A stretch of 64,000 nucleotides of DNA, from positions 20,896,001 to 20,960,000 of the forward strand of contig NC_086097.1 in assembly GCF_963921235.1 (NCBI RefSeq). The letters run 5' to 3'. The translations under genes and the position numbers were made by a program. This DNA comes from Mobula hypostoma (taxonomy: Eukaryota). Positions 63,466-64,000 of this stretch are shown in pieces. The first letter of the stretch is position 1. Each line of letters starts with the position of its first letter. The notes under the pieces are model-generated. The model saw nothing but the letters and a program-made list of their open reading frames with translations, made no database searches and had not been told where the DNA came from.

Positions 63466-64000
63466 GACACAGACTTACAGTTTAAAACATTATATATAGA
63501 CTCCATTATTCCAAAGAAAAGTTGCAGTTTCTACCCTGATGTTTCACCAGTTTGTAATAGATATAAATCTGTGAACAGTAACTTGTCACATTCATTCTGG
63601 TCATGTTGTAAGCTTTATGCATACTGGAAAAGTATTTTTCACTGTTTCTCTGAGGCTTTTGGGAAGCAGTGGGAACCAGATCCACCGATAGCCATCCTTG
63701 GAGCAACAAACTCCCCATCTTCAGCCAATATGTATGAAAAAGTGGCTGTATTGTTTGGAACGGTGATTGCCAAGAAGTTAATCCTGCAAATGTGGAAACT
63801 GGACTCTGTGCCTATGTACAATCTGCGGCTGAGAGAATTGGCAAGTACTTCACATTTGGAGAGACTAAGACTATGTAATGAAGACAGAGGGGACATATTT
63901 GAAAGGATATGGGGCCCTGTACTGGCTTTCTTACAGGGTGAGGACTGAGGTTTTTTGGCACAGTGCACCTCTGCTGTGTATGTTTACTTTTGCCTTTATA
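63466..64000 (+). mobile_element. L1/Tx1-clade LINE 3' fragment (ORF2 C-terminal zinc-knuckle region)
   Basis: FYPDVSPVCNRY..SHSFWSCCKLYAYWKSIF..AKKLILQMWK..FERIWGP. Confidence 0.8.

Overview
Eukaryotic, repeat-rich vertebrate genomic DNA. The repeat families (V-SINE/HE1-like, CR1, Rex1, Penelope-like, Tc1) suggest a cartilaginous fish, probably a ray; this is an inference. The whole window appears to lie inside one minus-strand gene, serine palmitoyltransferase subunit 2 (SPTLC2/LCB2). Three coding exons are resolved to the base: 56626-56731 (106 nt), 48136-48355 (220 nt, containing the PLP lysine motif GTFTKSFG) and 40537-40663 (127 nt). They match human exons 7-9 in size and phase. No downstream exon was found in 1-40536, so that intron is probably >40 kb. 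The rest is intronic and mostly transposon-derived: CR1, Rex1 and L1/Tx1 LINE fragments, several SINE families, Tc1 and Tigger remnants and a young solo LTR. The most striking signal is roughly 20 dispersed Penelope-like terminal repeats, most retaining a minimal type-I hammerhead ribozyme motif (CUGANGA-helix II-GAAACGUC). They include TSD-flanked fold-back insertions, one of which (24407-24608) holds two intact hammerhead cores in inverted orientation. A duplicated cluster of HNF4-type CAAAGTCCA sites at 21.5-22.7 kb is a candidate enhancer. Repeat boundaries without a TSD are approximate, and family names come from motif recognition, not database searches.
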